32,000 nucleotides of DNA, taken from the NCBI RefSeq assembly GCF_025562755.1, contig NZ_CP103300.1, positions 4,743,990 through 4,775,989 of the forward strand, in the 5' to 3' direction. The stretch comes from Endozoicomonas euniceicola (lineage in GTDB: Bacteria; Pseudomonadota; Gammaproteobacteria; Pseudomonadales; Endozoicomonadaceae). Below the pieces are notes generated by a model, which worked only from the letters and a program-made list of their open reading frames with translations, made no database searches and had not been told where the DNA came from. Shown piece by piece: positions 1-8,984 of the stretch. The first letter of the stretch is position 1. Each line of letters starts with the position of its first letter. The position numbers and the translations under genes are program-made.

Positions 1-1015
1 AAATAAAAAAATATTCATAATAAACAAGCTGGTTCAGGCAGTACTGCTTGCAGTTCTATTATTGTCTGGCGGTCAGTTGAATGCTCATCAGGTGAATGAT
101 AACTGGTGTTGGTGCCTGACAGAAAACATAGCATCCAGTGATCCTGGTGGAATTGAACGCATTGTCGGGAAATTTTTCCCTGCAAATTCCAGGGACGTAA
201 TATCTTACTTGTTCCGGTTTATTCAAGTGTCGCGCTGCGGTTCTGCGTACTCTAAAAAATATTACAGTGCTGACTTTGGGGCCAGGTTTGATAGACCTCA
301 AAAGCCTGGTCAGGTGTCTTACACGACTCCTGAAGGGCGTGTGAAGTATCTTTATCATGCGTACATGGAGTCATCTTTTTTTCAAACATTGACTCCTAAG
401 AGAAAGGCGCTTCTGTTGAGAGAAGAGCCATGCCTGAATTATTCGAATGATTTATTTGATAACGCCGCTCGTAAAGTGTGGGATCAGATACTGAGTTTCT
501 GGGAGCAGTCTGAAAAAGGGAGGGAGCTGTTGGAGCAGCCCTATTCGGCTACCTTCAAGATTGCTGATTATGTGCTTGGTTTTTCGCCTTCTTCTGATGT
601 CTATCGATTTCCCAGAAGCTATGCGGTTAGCCCTGATATCTGCCAGCCTGAAGAGGAATTTGTGCTTGGAAATCCGGTTGAAGCAAGGGCACTGGCTTCT
701 CAGCTGGGAGGGTTGAAGATTGGGCAAGTTTGGTTTTTAGAAGAGCCGGGTGAGCCCTCAGCCGGGATTTATAATAGATACCATCTGTGTGTCGTCTATA
801 TTGGGGGAGGGATTTTTCTGCTGCCAATAAACCAGAGAAAACAGCATTTTCTGAATGCTAATGATTTTCTCGCACTGATTCTTAACGTTTTGCAGTTTAA
901 TGGAAAGTACCAGTGGAGAAGCGCGATGATACGGACTTCAGATAGTGAAAAGCCTTTCAGTTTGAAGATACAGGAAGCGTATCCTGTTAGCGTGACTGAC
1001 TTTCTTTATAAATAA
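1..1015 (+). CDS. Hypothetical secreted protein of unknown function; the 5' end runs off the window
   Basis: The reading frame is open from base 2 to the TAA at 1013-1015. The track start at 62 is only a TTG. Translating upstream of 62 gives NKKIFIINKLVQAVLLAVLLLSGGQLNA/HQ, an n-h-c signal-peptide pattern, so the real start is at or just before base 1. I recognise no family. Confidence 0.6.
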   Translation, partial: NKKIFIINKLVQAVLLAVLLLSGGQLNAHQVNDNWCWCLTENIASSDPGGIERIVGKFFPANSRDVISYLFRFIQVSRCGSAYSKKYYSADFGARFDRPQKPGQVSYTTPEGRVKYLYHAYMESSFFQTLTPKRKALLLREEPCLNYSNDLFDNAARKVWDQILSFWEQSEKGRELLEQPYSATFKIADYVLGFSPSSDVYRFPRSYAVSPDICQPEEEFVLGNPVEARALASQLGGLKIGQVWFLEEPGEPSAGIYNRYHLCVVYIGGGIFLLPINQRKQHFLNANDFLALILNVLQFNGKYQWRSAMIRTSDSEKPFSLKIQEAYPVSVTDFLYK

Positions 1016-1067
1016 GTAGAGCGGTGAATGGGTTGTTTGACAGGGCAGAGTGATTTTTTAGAAAGTT

Positions 1068-1092
1068 GTTCAGCAGCCTTTGGCTGCTGAAC
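1068..1092. terminator. Hairpin between convergent genes, possibly a bidirectional terminator
   Basis: The stem gttcagcagcc (1068-1078) pairs perfectly with ggctgctgaac (1082-1092) around a ttt loop, giving 11 bp. It lies between the stop of the + strand ORF (1015) and the stop of fba (1105). Confidence 0.6.
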
Positions 1093-1104
1093 AGAAGTCA
1101 GAGC

Positions 1105-1962
1105 TTACGCCTTGCCTTCGGAACCGAATTCACGAATCTTGCCCATTACGGTTTCAACGATCGCTTCTTTACCAGGACCGATCACCTTGCGTGGGTCGTA
1201 AACTTTAGCGTCGTTAGCCAGAACTTCGCGAACCATTTTAGTCCAGGCGATCTGGTTTTCAGTGTTGACGTTGATTTTTGCAGTACCACGGCTGATGGCA
1301 TTCTGGATGTCAGCTGTTGGGATACCAGTACCACCGTGCAGTACCAGAGGTACGCCCGTCAGTTCGTTGATTTCCTGCATTTCAGTGAAGCCCAGGTTAG
1401 GCTCGCCAGAGTATTCGCCATGAACAGAGCCCAGGGCCGGAGCCAGGCAGTCCAGACCAGTGCGCTCAACCAGTTCTTTACATTCCTGGGCGTCAGCGTA
1501 GATAACGCCGTCAGCAATAACGTCATCTTCCTGACCGCCGACTACACCCAGTTCGGCTTCAACAGAAACGCCACGGGCGTGAGCGTATTCTACTACCGTC
1601 TTGGTCATCTCAACGTTGCCTTCGAACGGGCCGTGAGAGCCGTCGATCATAACGGAGGTAAAGCCAGCGTCGATGGCCTCTTTGCACTTCTCAATGCTGG
1701 AGCCGTGGTCCAGATGGATAGCAACAGGAACCGTGATTTCCATGCTTTCGATCAGGGCGCCAACCATAGCGGTGATCAGCTTGAAACCGCCCATGTAGCG
1801 CGCAGCGCCTTCGGATACACCCAGAATAACCGGGGAGTTAGACTTCTGAGCAGCAGTCAGGATAGCCTGAGTCCATTCCAGGTTGTTGATGTTGAACTGG
1901 CCTACGGCGTATTTGCCTTCGCGTGCCTTGTTCAGCATTTCAGTCATAGATACCAGAGCCAT
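1105..1962 (-). CDS. fba: Class II (type B) fructose-1,6-bisphosphate aldolase
   Basis: The translation [35 protein letters not shown]...[10 protein letters not shown]...[10 protein letters not shown]...KINVNTENQ is nearly collinear with the Bacillus-type FbaA I remember (about 285 aa). I prefer the ATG at 1962, preceded by GAGGA with 7-nt spacing, over the ORF maximum at 1980. Confidence 0.93.
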   Translation of the reverse strand: MALVSMTEMLNKAREGKYAVGQFNINNLEWTQAILTAAQKSNSPVILGVSEGAARYMGGFKLITAMVGALIESMEITVPVAIHLDHGSSIEKCKEAIDAGFTSVMIDGSHGPFEGNVEMTKTVVEYAHARGVSVEAELGVVGGQEDDVIADGVIYADAQECKELVERTGLDCLAPALGSVHGEYSGEPNLGFTEMQEINELTGVPLVLHGGTGIPTADIQNAISRGTAKINVNTENQIAWTKMVREVLANDAKVYDPRKVIGPGKEAIVETVMGKIREFGSEGKA

Positions 1963-2918
1963 AAATGTTTCCTCGGTCATTGGTAGCAGTTGTGATGCAT
2001 CCCTGAAGGGTTTGCTTCATCGAGTTTATTCAACCGGATATTTGTCCGGTTGAATTGAGCTGAGAGCGAATGTTGTTATTTGACCGTGGTTGAGTAATTA
2101 CGGTCGTCATTAACATTCTTATTGCCATTTTAATTGCTTTTTTAATCAAAGAACCAGAAACGATGTGAAGAAGTCTTTCTCAATCTGTTAATTATTGAAA
2201 AATTGTTTCATAATTCGACCTGTTCTTACCTGTTACGATGGTAACAGCGTATAAATACAGAGGTATTTTGCCGTAGTCACCATTCAAAGGAAGAAGATTA
2301 CGAAAGCATGGCAACGCTTTCCCGCTATTGTGCGACATTTGGCAAGTATATACAAATGCCACGTTGCTCTTGTAGTATTGTGAGTGAGTATTGCTACCTA
2401 TATCTGCCGCCCTGGGGTGCCCCGGAGTCAACGATACAGCCGCTTTACAGCAATCGTGACGCCTTGCGTACTGGTGGTGGGGAAATACTGATTCAGGTCA
2501 GAGAAATTTACGTAATGCTGTTGTAACTTTCTCCGGCTAGATGAATTCGAGCGGGTATTGTTTGAATTTCACGTTTTAAATGAAAAAACATTATATGAAG
2601 TAATAATTTATATACCTCAATGCTTAAAGTTGAGTGAAGTTGTTTTTTTTGTTTGGCTATTTGTTTGATGAGTGTTTTGCAGAGCGTTTTATCAAATGTT
2701 GCACTATCTTGGAATTGATTGATTGCTTCTGACAGTTTCGATGCTTTATTCCATTTGAAAACGTTAAATGTGATTTGATGTCAAAGTTTGTGCGTGGCTA
2801 AGTGATTGTTCAGGAACTTTGTTCGAAACTAACAGATTAAATATTACTGATGGTTTGTGTTAAATGTTTTTGTTATATACAAACGTTAGTTTTAGATTGA
2901 TATAAATGTGGGTGGTTT

Positions 2919-4634
2919 ATGTTCTCAGGCATCATTGCTTCCTCTGGCGTTGCCATTGGTAAAGCATTTGTCCTTAAAGAGGCTGAATTTCAAATTAGTG
3001 ATAGTGTGCTGGACAGCTCTGAAGTAGACGCGAACATTGCTCGCTTCAAAGAGGCTATCGTTAAAACGGTTGAGCAGCTGGAGTCGATCCGTGACACAGC
3101 GGCTGCCAAGTTGGGTGAAGAAGAAGCGGAAGTCTTCGAAGGTCATATTCTGGTAGCGACTGATGAAGAACTGGAAGAAGAAGTTGTTGAAGCCATTAAG
3201 GGCCTGAAGCCTGCTGACGCAGCACTAAGCGAAACTATTGCAACGAACGTTGCGATGCTGGCCGAGCTGGACGACCCTTACCTGCGTGAGCGCGTTGCTG
3301 ACATCAAAGACGTTGGTCGTCGTATGATCAAGAATCTGCTGGGCATCGATATGGTGTCCCTGGACGATGTGGCTCACGGTACCATCATCATTGCTGATGA
3401 CCTGACTCCGTCTGAAACGTCCCAGATTGATCTGGAACGGGTATGGGGTTTTGTCACTAATATTGGTGGTCGAACTTCTCACTCTGCGATCATGGCTCGT
3501 TCCCTGGAGCTGCCAGCTATCGTTGGTGCCAAGGTGGCTACTGACAGCATCCAGAATGGTGACACGGTTGTCCTGGATGCTATCAACAACAAGGTTCTGA
3601 TCAATCCTGACCAGTCAGCCATCGATTCTTACAAGACCCTGCAGGCGAAGCTGGACGAAGAGCGCAAAGAGCTGTCCAAGCTGAAAGACCTGCCCTGCAC
3701 CACTATTGATGGCAAGCAGTTCGAAATCTGCTCCAACATCGGTACTGTGAAAGACACTGAAGGTGCAAACCGTCACGGTGCCGAGGGTGTAGGCCTGTAT
3801 CGTACTGAGTTCCTGTTTATGGACCGTACCCAGATGCCGACCGAAGAGGAGCAGTTCGAGGCCTACAAGGCAGTGGCTGAAGCCATGTCTGGCCGTCCGG
3901 TAGTTATCCGTACCCTGGATATTGGTGGTGACAAGGATCTGCCTTACCTGGACCTGCCGCAGGAACTGAACCCTTTCCTGGGCTGGCGTGCGATCCGTAT
4001 GTGCTTCGACAAGCCTGAGATTCTGAACACCCAGCTGCGTGCCATTCTGCGTGCATCTGCCTTCGGTAAGCTGAAGATCATGTTCCCGATGGTTATCTCT
4101 GTTGAGGAAGCCCGTCGTCTGAAGCAGGTCGTTGCTGACGTTAAGGCTGAATTGAGCAGTAAAGACATCGCTTTCGACGACACCGTTGAAGTGGGCATCA
4201 TGGTTGAGACACCAGCGGCAGTAATGGTTGCAGACCTGCTGATTCAGGAAATGGACTTCTTCTCCATCGGTACTAACGACCTGACCCAGTACATTCTGGC
4301 GGTTGACCGTGGTAACGAAATGATTGCTGATATGTACGATCCAATGGCTCCGGCCGTTCTGCGTGCTATCAAGCGTGTTATCGACTGCTCCCACGAAGCC
4401 GGTAAGTGGACCGGCATGTGTGGTGAGATGGCCGGTGACGAGCGTGCCGCCCTGATCCTGGCGGGTCTGGGGCTGGATGAGTTCTCCATGAGTGCGACTT
4501 CTATTCCTCGTGTTAAGAAAACTCTGCGTAACCATAAGCACGAAGACCTGAAGGCGATGGCTGAAGCGGCTGTAAACCAGCCGACGACTGAAGACGTAAA
4601 AGCGCTGCTGAACGACTTTATCGCCAAGTTCTGA
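2919..4634 (+). CDS. ptsI: PTS Enzyme I (phosphoenolpyruvate-protein phosphotransferase)
   Basis: The 571-aa product is collinear with E. coli PtsI. Shared stretches include GGRTSHSAIMARSLELPAIVG (the active-site His region), GVGLYRTEFLFMDR, FFSIGTNDLTQY and KWTGMCGEMAGDERA. A GGGTGG Shine-Dalgarno sequence precedes the ATG at 2919. Confidence 0.97.
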   Translation: MFSGIIASSGVAIGKAFVLKEAEFQISDSVLDSSEVDANIARFKEAIVKTVEQLESIRDTAAAKLGEEEAEVFEGHILVATDEELEEEVVEAIKGLKPADAALSETIATNVAMLAELDDPYLRERVADIKDVGRRMIKNLLGIDMVSLDDVAHGTIIIADDLTPSETSQIDLERVWGFVTNIGGRTSHSAIMARSLELPAIVGAKVATDSIQNGDTVVLDAINNKVLINPDQSAIDSYKTLQAKLDEERKELSKLKDLPCTTIDGKQFEICSNIGTVKDTEGANRHGAEGVGLYRTEFLFMDRTQMPTEEEQFEAYKAVAEAMSGRPVVIRTLDIGGDKDLPYLDLPQELNPFLGWRAIRMCFDKPEILNTQLRAILRASAFGKLKIMFPMVISVEEARRLKQVVADVKAELSSKDIAFDDTVEVGIMVETPAAVMVADLLIQEMDFFSIGTNDLTQYILAVDRGNEMIADMYDPMAPAVLRAIKRVIDCSHEAGKWTGMCGEMAGDERAALILAGLGLDEFSMSATSIPRVKKTLRNHKHEDLKAMAEAAVNQPTTEDVKALLNDFIAKF

Positions 4635-4680
4635 TACAAGTCCGACGGATACTGGTACATCGTTTCATTACTTTTGACTT

Positions 4681-4733
4681 GTAGGTTGGGAAGAGCGAAG
4701 TGTTTATGCCCTTCAGGGTAACTCCCAACCTAC
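4681..4733. repeat. REP-like imperfect palindromic element just downstream of ptsI (copy 1)
   Basis: An 11-bp stem pairs gtaggttggga (4681-4691) with tcccaacctac (4723-4733). The loop carries the core atgcccttcagggta (4706-4720). The same 15-nt core with similar flanks recurs after adhE at 7657-7671. Confidence 0.55.
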
Positions 4734-4952
4734 GCACCCCGTCAAAGTCATTGAGACCGTGTGCTAGTGTCGGCAAGCTGTAATGGTTGCAGCAATAAAA
4801 TATAAAGAGGAGCAGGCGATGACCTGCTCCACAAAAAGTGGTAACGCGCCAAAATAGCCGTGAATAACATGGCAGATTGTGCGTCACCGCTAAAGCCTGA
4901 ACGAACGAACCAGGCTTTGAAGGATTTCAATGACAAGTATGAGGTAATGCAA

Positions 4953-7613
4953 ATGGCTACTAAAAAGCCTTTAGCGGATAAAGAGCCTTTAGCGGATAAA
5001 GAGCTTTTGGCGGAAAAAGGGCAGACAGCCAAACAGGATACAGGTAAAACAGAGGTTGAGGTACAACTCGACGCTCTGCTTGATCGGGCGAAAGTCGCTC
5101 GTGAAAAATACCTGAAGCTGGACCAGGAAGCGATTGACCGTATCAATAAGGCGATGGCTCTTGCTGGTCAGGCTGCGCACATGGAGCTGGCGCGTATGGC
5201 GGTTGAAGAAACCGGCCGTGGTATTCTGGAAGACAAGGTGACCAAGAACATCTTTTCTACTGAATACGTTCATCACTCTATCAAATACGACAAAACAGTC
5301 GGTGTTATTGAAGATAACGAAGAAGAAGATTACATGCTGGTTGCAGAGCCAGTGGGTATTGTCTGCGGTATTACACCGGTGACTAACCCGACGTCGACCA
5401 CCATGTTCAAGTCCATCATTTCTGCCAAGACCCGTAACCCGATTGTTTTTGCTTTCCACCCATCTGCCCAGAAGTGCTCCAGTGAGGCGGCTCGTATCCT
5501 GCGTGATGCTGCTGTCGAGGCGGGTGCGCCGGAAGACTGTATTCTGTGGGTAGAAAAACCTTCTCTGGAAGCAACCCAGAAGCTGATGGTTCATCCGGAT
5601 ATTTCTGTCATCCTGGCCACCGGTGGTTCTGGTATGGTTCGTGCCGCTTACTCTTCCGGTAAGCCAGCCCTGGGTGTTGGTCCGGGTAACGTGCCTTGTG
5701 TCATTGATCGTACTGCCGACCTGAAGCAGGCTACCAATGACCTGGTTATGTCCAAGAGCTTTGACAACGGTATGATCTGTGCCTCCGAGCAGGCGGCGAT
5801 TGTCCACGAAGCGATTTACCCGCAGTTCATCAAAGAGATGAAAGCACTGAACGTTTACTTCACGACTCCTGAAGAAACCAAAAAGCTGGCGGAAGTTGTG
5901 ATTGTTGATGGTCACGTTAACAGCAAGATTGTTGGTATGAAGCCGGTTACCATCGCAGAGATGGCTGGCGTTAAAATTCCTGCAGAAACCCGTGTGATTG
6001 CGGCTGAAATCGAAGGTGTGGGTCCGGAATTCCCTCTGTCCCGTGAGAAGCTGTCCCCGGTGCTGGGCGTTCTGAAAGCCCGCGATACCAAGCATGGTAT
6101 TGAGCTGGCTGACAAGATGCTGAACTTTGGTGGTCTGGGTCACTCTGCGGTTCTGCACGCTCAGAACGACGATGTGATTGAGCAGTTCTCCCTGGCCATG
6201 AAAGCAGGACGAATCATCATCAACTCCCCGTCTACCCATGGTGCGATTGGTGACCTGTATAACACCAATATGCCTTCCCTGACTCTGGGCTGTGGTACTT
6301 ACGGTGGTAATAGTACTACGTCCAACGTTTCTGCTGTAAACCTGATTAATGTTAAGCGTGTGGCGAAGCGTCGTGTGAATATGCAGTGGTTTAAGCTTCC
6401 TCGTAAAATCTACTTTGAGGCGAACTCCCTGCAATACCTTGAGAAGATGCCTGACATCTCTCGTGTATTCATTGTGACCGACGAAATCATTCAGAGCCTG
6501 GGTTATGTTGACAAAATCCAGTACCACCTGAACCGTCGCCAGGTACCAGTACAGGTTCGTGTATTCAACCAGGTTGAGGCTGATCCGTCTCTGGCTACCA
6601 TTCGTGCCGGTGCGGAAGATATGCAACGCTTCCAGCCTGATGTGATTATTGCCCTGGGTGGTGGCTCTCCTATCGATGCCGCGAAAGGCATGTGGTTGTT
6701 CCACGAACAGCCAGAAGCTGATTTTGAAAGCATGTCACAGAAGTTTCTGGATATTCGCAAGCGTGTTTACAAGTTCCCTAAACTGGGCAAAAAGGCACGT
6801 CTGGTGGCTATTCCTACCACCTCCGGTACCGGTTCTGAAGTGACCTCCTTTGCGGTGATCACTGACAAGGACAGAGGCATCAAGTACCCGCTGGCAGACT
6901 ATGAGCTGACACCGGACGTGGCCATTCTGGACCCGAACCTGGTGCAGACCGTGCCTAAGAAGGTAACGGCTGATACCGGACTGGACGTGCTGACCCACGC
7001 TCTGGAAGCCTTTGTTTCCGTTATGGCGTCTGACTATACTGATGCGCTGGCTATGAAAGCCATACAGCTGACCTTTGATAACCTGCCAGCGTCTTACGAG
7101 TCTGCCGACAAGCGCGCCCGTGAGAAAATGCATAATGCTTCCTGCATCGCGGGTATGGCCTTTGCTAACGCCTTCCTGGGCATCAATCACTCTATGGCGC
7201 ACAAGCTGGGTCACGAGATGAAGATTCCTCATGGTCTGGCTAACGCTCTGCTGCTGCCACACGTGATTGAGTACAACGGCAACAGCCAGCCTTCCAAGGT
7301 AGCGACTTTCCCGAAATACGACCACTACATTGCCCACGAGAAGTACACTGAAGTCGCCAAGATTCTGGGGCTGCCTCACAGCACGACTGATGAGGGAGTT
7401 AAGTCTCTGGCTAATGCAGTTCGCGACTTGATGAAGAAAGTTGATGTACCGCTTTCCCTGAAAGAAATGGGCTTCAACGAGAAAGAGTTCCTGGCTAAAG
7501 TGCCGGAGCTGGCAGCCTATGCATTTGAAGATCAGTGTACGACAGCCAACCCGCGTATGCCGCTGGTGACTGAGCTGGAAGAGTTGCTGAAGAAAGCCTA
7601 CTACGGTGAATAA
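4953..7613 (+). CDS. adhE: Bifunctional acetaldehyde-CoA/alcohol dehydrogenase
   Basis: The product is collinear with E. coli AdhE, covering the N-terminal ALDH domain ([29 protein letters not shown]) and the C-terminal Fe-ADH domain ([27 protein letters not shown]). The ORF maximum starts at 4860. I prefer the ATG at 4953 (MATKKP...), which has a GAGG 8 nt upstream. Confidence 0.95.
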   Translation: MATKKPLADKEPLADKELLAEKGQTAKQDTGKTEVEVQLDALLDRAKVAREKYLKLDQEAIDRINKAMALAGQAAHMELARMAVEETGRGILEDKVTKNIFSTEYVHHSIKYDKTVGVIEDNEEEDYMLVAEPVGIVCGITPVTNPTSTTMFKSIISAKTRNPIVFAFHPSAQKCSSEAARILRDAAVEAGAPEDCILWVEKPSLEATQKLMVHPDISVILATGGSGMVRAAYSSGKPALGVGPGNVPCVIDRTADLKQATNDLVMSKSFDNGMICASEQAAIVHEAIYPQFIKEMKALNVYFTTPEETKKLAEVVIVDGHVNSKIVGMKPVTIAEMAGVKIPAETRVIAAEIEGVGPEFPLSREKLSPVLGVLKARDTKHGIELADKMLNFGGLGHSAVLHAQNDDVIEQFSLAMKAGRIIINSPSTHGAIGDLYNTNMPSLTLGCGTYGGNSTTSNVSAVNLINVKRVAKRRVNMQWFKLPRKIYFEANSLQYLEKMPDISRVFIVTDEIIQSLGYVDKIQYHLNRRQVPVQVRVFNQVEADPSLATIRAGAEDMQRFQPDVIIALGGGSPIDAAKGMWLFHEQPEADFESMSQKFLDIRKRVYKFPKLGKKARLVAIPTTSGTGSEVTSFAVITDKDRGIKYPLADYELTPDVAILDPNLVQTVPKKVTADTGLDVLTHALEAFVSVMASDYTDALAMKAIQLTFDNLPASYESADKRAREKMHNASCIAGMAFANAFLGINHSMAHKLGHEMKIPHGLANALLLPHVIEYNGNSQPSKVATFPKYDHYIAHEKYTEVAKILGLPHSTTDEGVKSLANAVRDLMKKVDVPLSLKEMGFNEKEFLAKVPELAAYAFEDQCTTANPRMPLVTELEELLKKAYYGE
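4967..5020 (+). repeat. 18-bp tandem repeat at the adhE 5' end (about 3 units)
   Basis: The unit gcctttagcggataaaga is perfect at 4967-4984 and 4985-5002. A degenerate third unit lies at 5003-5020. It encodes [18 protein letters not shown]. Confidence 0.85.
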
Positions 7614-7631
7614 TTTTACTCGCTGTTAAAG

Positions 7632-7690
7632 CAGGTTAGGGTGAGCGATAGCGTAAATGCCCTTCAGGGTATTTATGCGCTCTACTTAAC
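7632..7690. repeat. REP-like element downstream of adhE (copy 2)
   Basis: It shares aggtt.ggg..gagcga...atgcccttcagggta with the element at 4681-4733, with the core at 7657-7671. The flanks gagcg.../...cgctc form an imperfect hairpin. Confidence 0.5.
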
Positions 7691-7717
7691 TGCGCTACAC
7701 GGCAACAGTATTGAGTC

Positions 7718-8752
7718 CTAAAAGCTAGTATAGAACCAGTGATTTCTAATGAGTGTCACTGGTTCAGGTGCTTGTTCTGCCTGTTCATCAAAGACTGTTC
7801 TTATTCTGCTGTTCTGATCGTAAGATTGTGCACCACCTTCATTTCCGCTTTCGCTTTCCCCTTCGCTTCCACCTTCATTCCCGCTTTCGCTTCCACCTTC
7901 ATTCCCGCTTTCACTTTCCCCTTCGCTTCCACCTTCATTCCCGCTTTCGCTTTCCTCTTCGCTTACGCCTTCATTCCCGCTTTCACTTTCCCCTTCACTT
8001 TCTGATGCCCACATGTTGTTGTGAGGTAATTCAAAATGCCATTCAATGTCGTTTTCTGTGTATGAAACAACGATATTACCTATCTCGTTTTCAGAGATAT
8101 GGATAGTGCGAATATCTCCATTTGACCTCAGGATATGCAGTTCCATGGAGCGATGTTCAGCATCAGGCTCAATGCTATATCGGTTATAGACTCCATTAGC
8201 CTCGTCCGGTACAGAGGGTATAAGCACGTTAAGTGGCAGGTATACAGAGAAAATATTGATACTATTAACAGGTTGGTTGATGGTGGCTAGTAATTGCTGG
8301 TAGTCAGTGGTTTCCGGAACCATCCTTGAAAGCTCATTAAGCTGCTCAAAAAAACGCTCAATTATTAATTCCAGCCAGCCGCTGTTATCCATCTGGTAAT
8401 TAAAGAATTCTGAAGGGAGGCTGATGCTCATAATGCTTTGCAAGTGCCTGTCATGGGAATGTTGGCCAGCCATTGGCTGTGAACAGCCAGGAGCTGAAAA
8501 TATTATCTTTCGGGTTTCCATTAAAGGGTAGAGGCTGGATTCAAAACAATTCCATTGGCTGGTAATTGTCGCTTTCTTGTCAAGTAGTGTTGTAAATCCG
8601 GTTAGTTTAAAGGTACGACTTTTTCCTTTAGCATCTGTGAATTTGACACTGCCTTTCAGGTGAATAATTTCAGCATGAGTCAATACAGGTGTGGTTATTG
8701 CCATCAGGCAGAGTAAGGCAGCTCTGACTAGATGGTAAATAAGCACTTTCAT
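7718..8752 (-). CDS. Secreted protein of unknown function with a C-terminal acidic Ser/Glu/Gly/Asn repeat
   Basis: A signal peptide is visible (MKVLIYHLVRAALLCLMAITTPVLTHA/EII). The C-terminal third is (SEGE)SESGNEGG reiterated, and the protein ends ...NHWFYTSF. The ORF maximum is 8770, but the ATG at 8752 gives the canonical signal peptide. I recognise no family. Confidence 0.75.
   Translation of the reverse strand: MKVLIYHLVRAALLCLMAITTPVLTHAEIIHLKGSVKFTDAKGKSRTFKLTGFTTLLDKKATITSQWNCFESSLYPLMETRKIIFSAPGCSQPMAGQHSHDRHLQSIMSISLPSEFFNYQMDNSGWLELIIERFFEQLNELSRMVPETTDYQQLLATINQPVNSINIFSVYLPLNVLIPSVPDEANGVYNRYSIEPDAEHRSMELHILRSNGDIRTIHISENEIGNIVVSYTENDIEWHFELPHNNMWASESEGESESGNEGVSEEESESGNEGGSEGESESGNEGGSESGNEGGSEGESESGNEGGAQSYDQNSRIRTVFDEQAEQAPEPVTLIRNHWFYTSF
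7835..8003 (-). repeat. Near-perfect 24/36-bp tandem repeats inside the coding sequence
   Basis: The unit ttcattcccgctttcgcttccacc, with optional 12-bp inserts, is visibly reiterated on the + strand. It encodes the SESGNEGG(SEGE) units on the minus strand. Confidence 0.9.
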
Positions 8753-8984
8753 GCAATTAGCCCTGATCATCGGAAAATCCCTAAAACAGTAAGCAGTTTT
8801 GATTTATAGCTCACTTAATATAAGAGCGCCGTGACCTGGCATTTTTTTCTGTACGTTAATATGGACTTGTTGGAGTCTGTGAGCAGGGTAGTATTCGATC
8901 AGTTTATCTAAAATTGAGTTAAATCATTATGTTTCGTTCTCTACCCGAGACATAATGTTGCAGAATATTGGGATTTAGTTGCTT

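Noticed and set aside
1066-1986. 306-aa ORF on the + strand covering the whole fba locus
   Set aside because: It is the antisense shadow of a confidently identified aldolase gene. The translation is low-complexity-like and matches no family.
2192-2526. Overlapping 79-aa (minus) and 72-aa (+) ORFs in the fba-ptsI intergenic region
   Set aside because: They are mutually overlapping, lack a convincing ribosome-binding site, and have odd compositions. They are more likely chance ORFs in a regulatory region.
2769-2786. CRP-like site tgtgatttgatgtcaaa upstream of ptsI
   Set aside because: Only the left half-site (TGTGA) is good. The right half fits only with non-canonical 7-nt spacing and a mismatch, so it is not supportable without a PWM score or conservation.
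3615-6704. Long minus-strand ORFs (3615-4541, 308 aa; 4989-6704, 571 aa) opposite ptsI and adhE
   Set aside because: These are antisense shadow frames of strongly conserved genes. Their Arg/Thr/Val/Gln-rich composition is typical of reverse frames, and they have no recognisable motifs.
7739-8106. Two + strand ORFs (88 and 117 aa) rich in Phe/Ala/Ser/Arg over the acidic-repeat region
   Set aside because: They are antisense readings of the SESGNEGG repeat, within a gene that has a clear signal peptide on the other strand.
731-8230. Shared G(I/V)YNRY motif between the edge ORF (..SAGIYNRYHL..) and the acidic-repeat protein (..ANGVYNRYSI..), suggesting paralogy
   Set aside because: I could not extend the alignment beyond the 6-residue motif by eye. 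Profile or structure comparison is needed before claiming a family.
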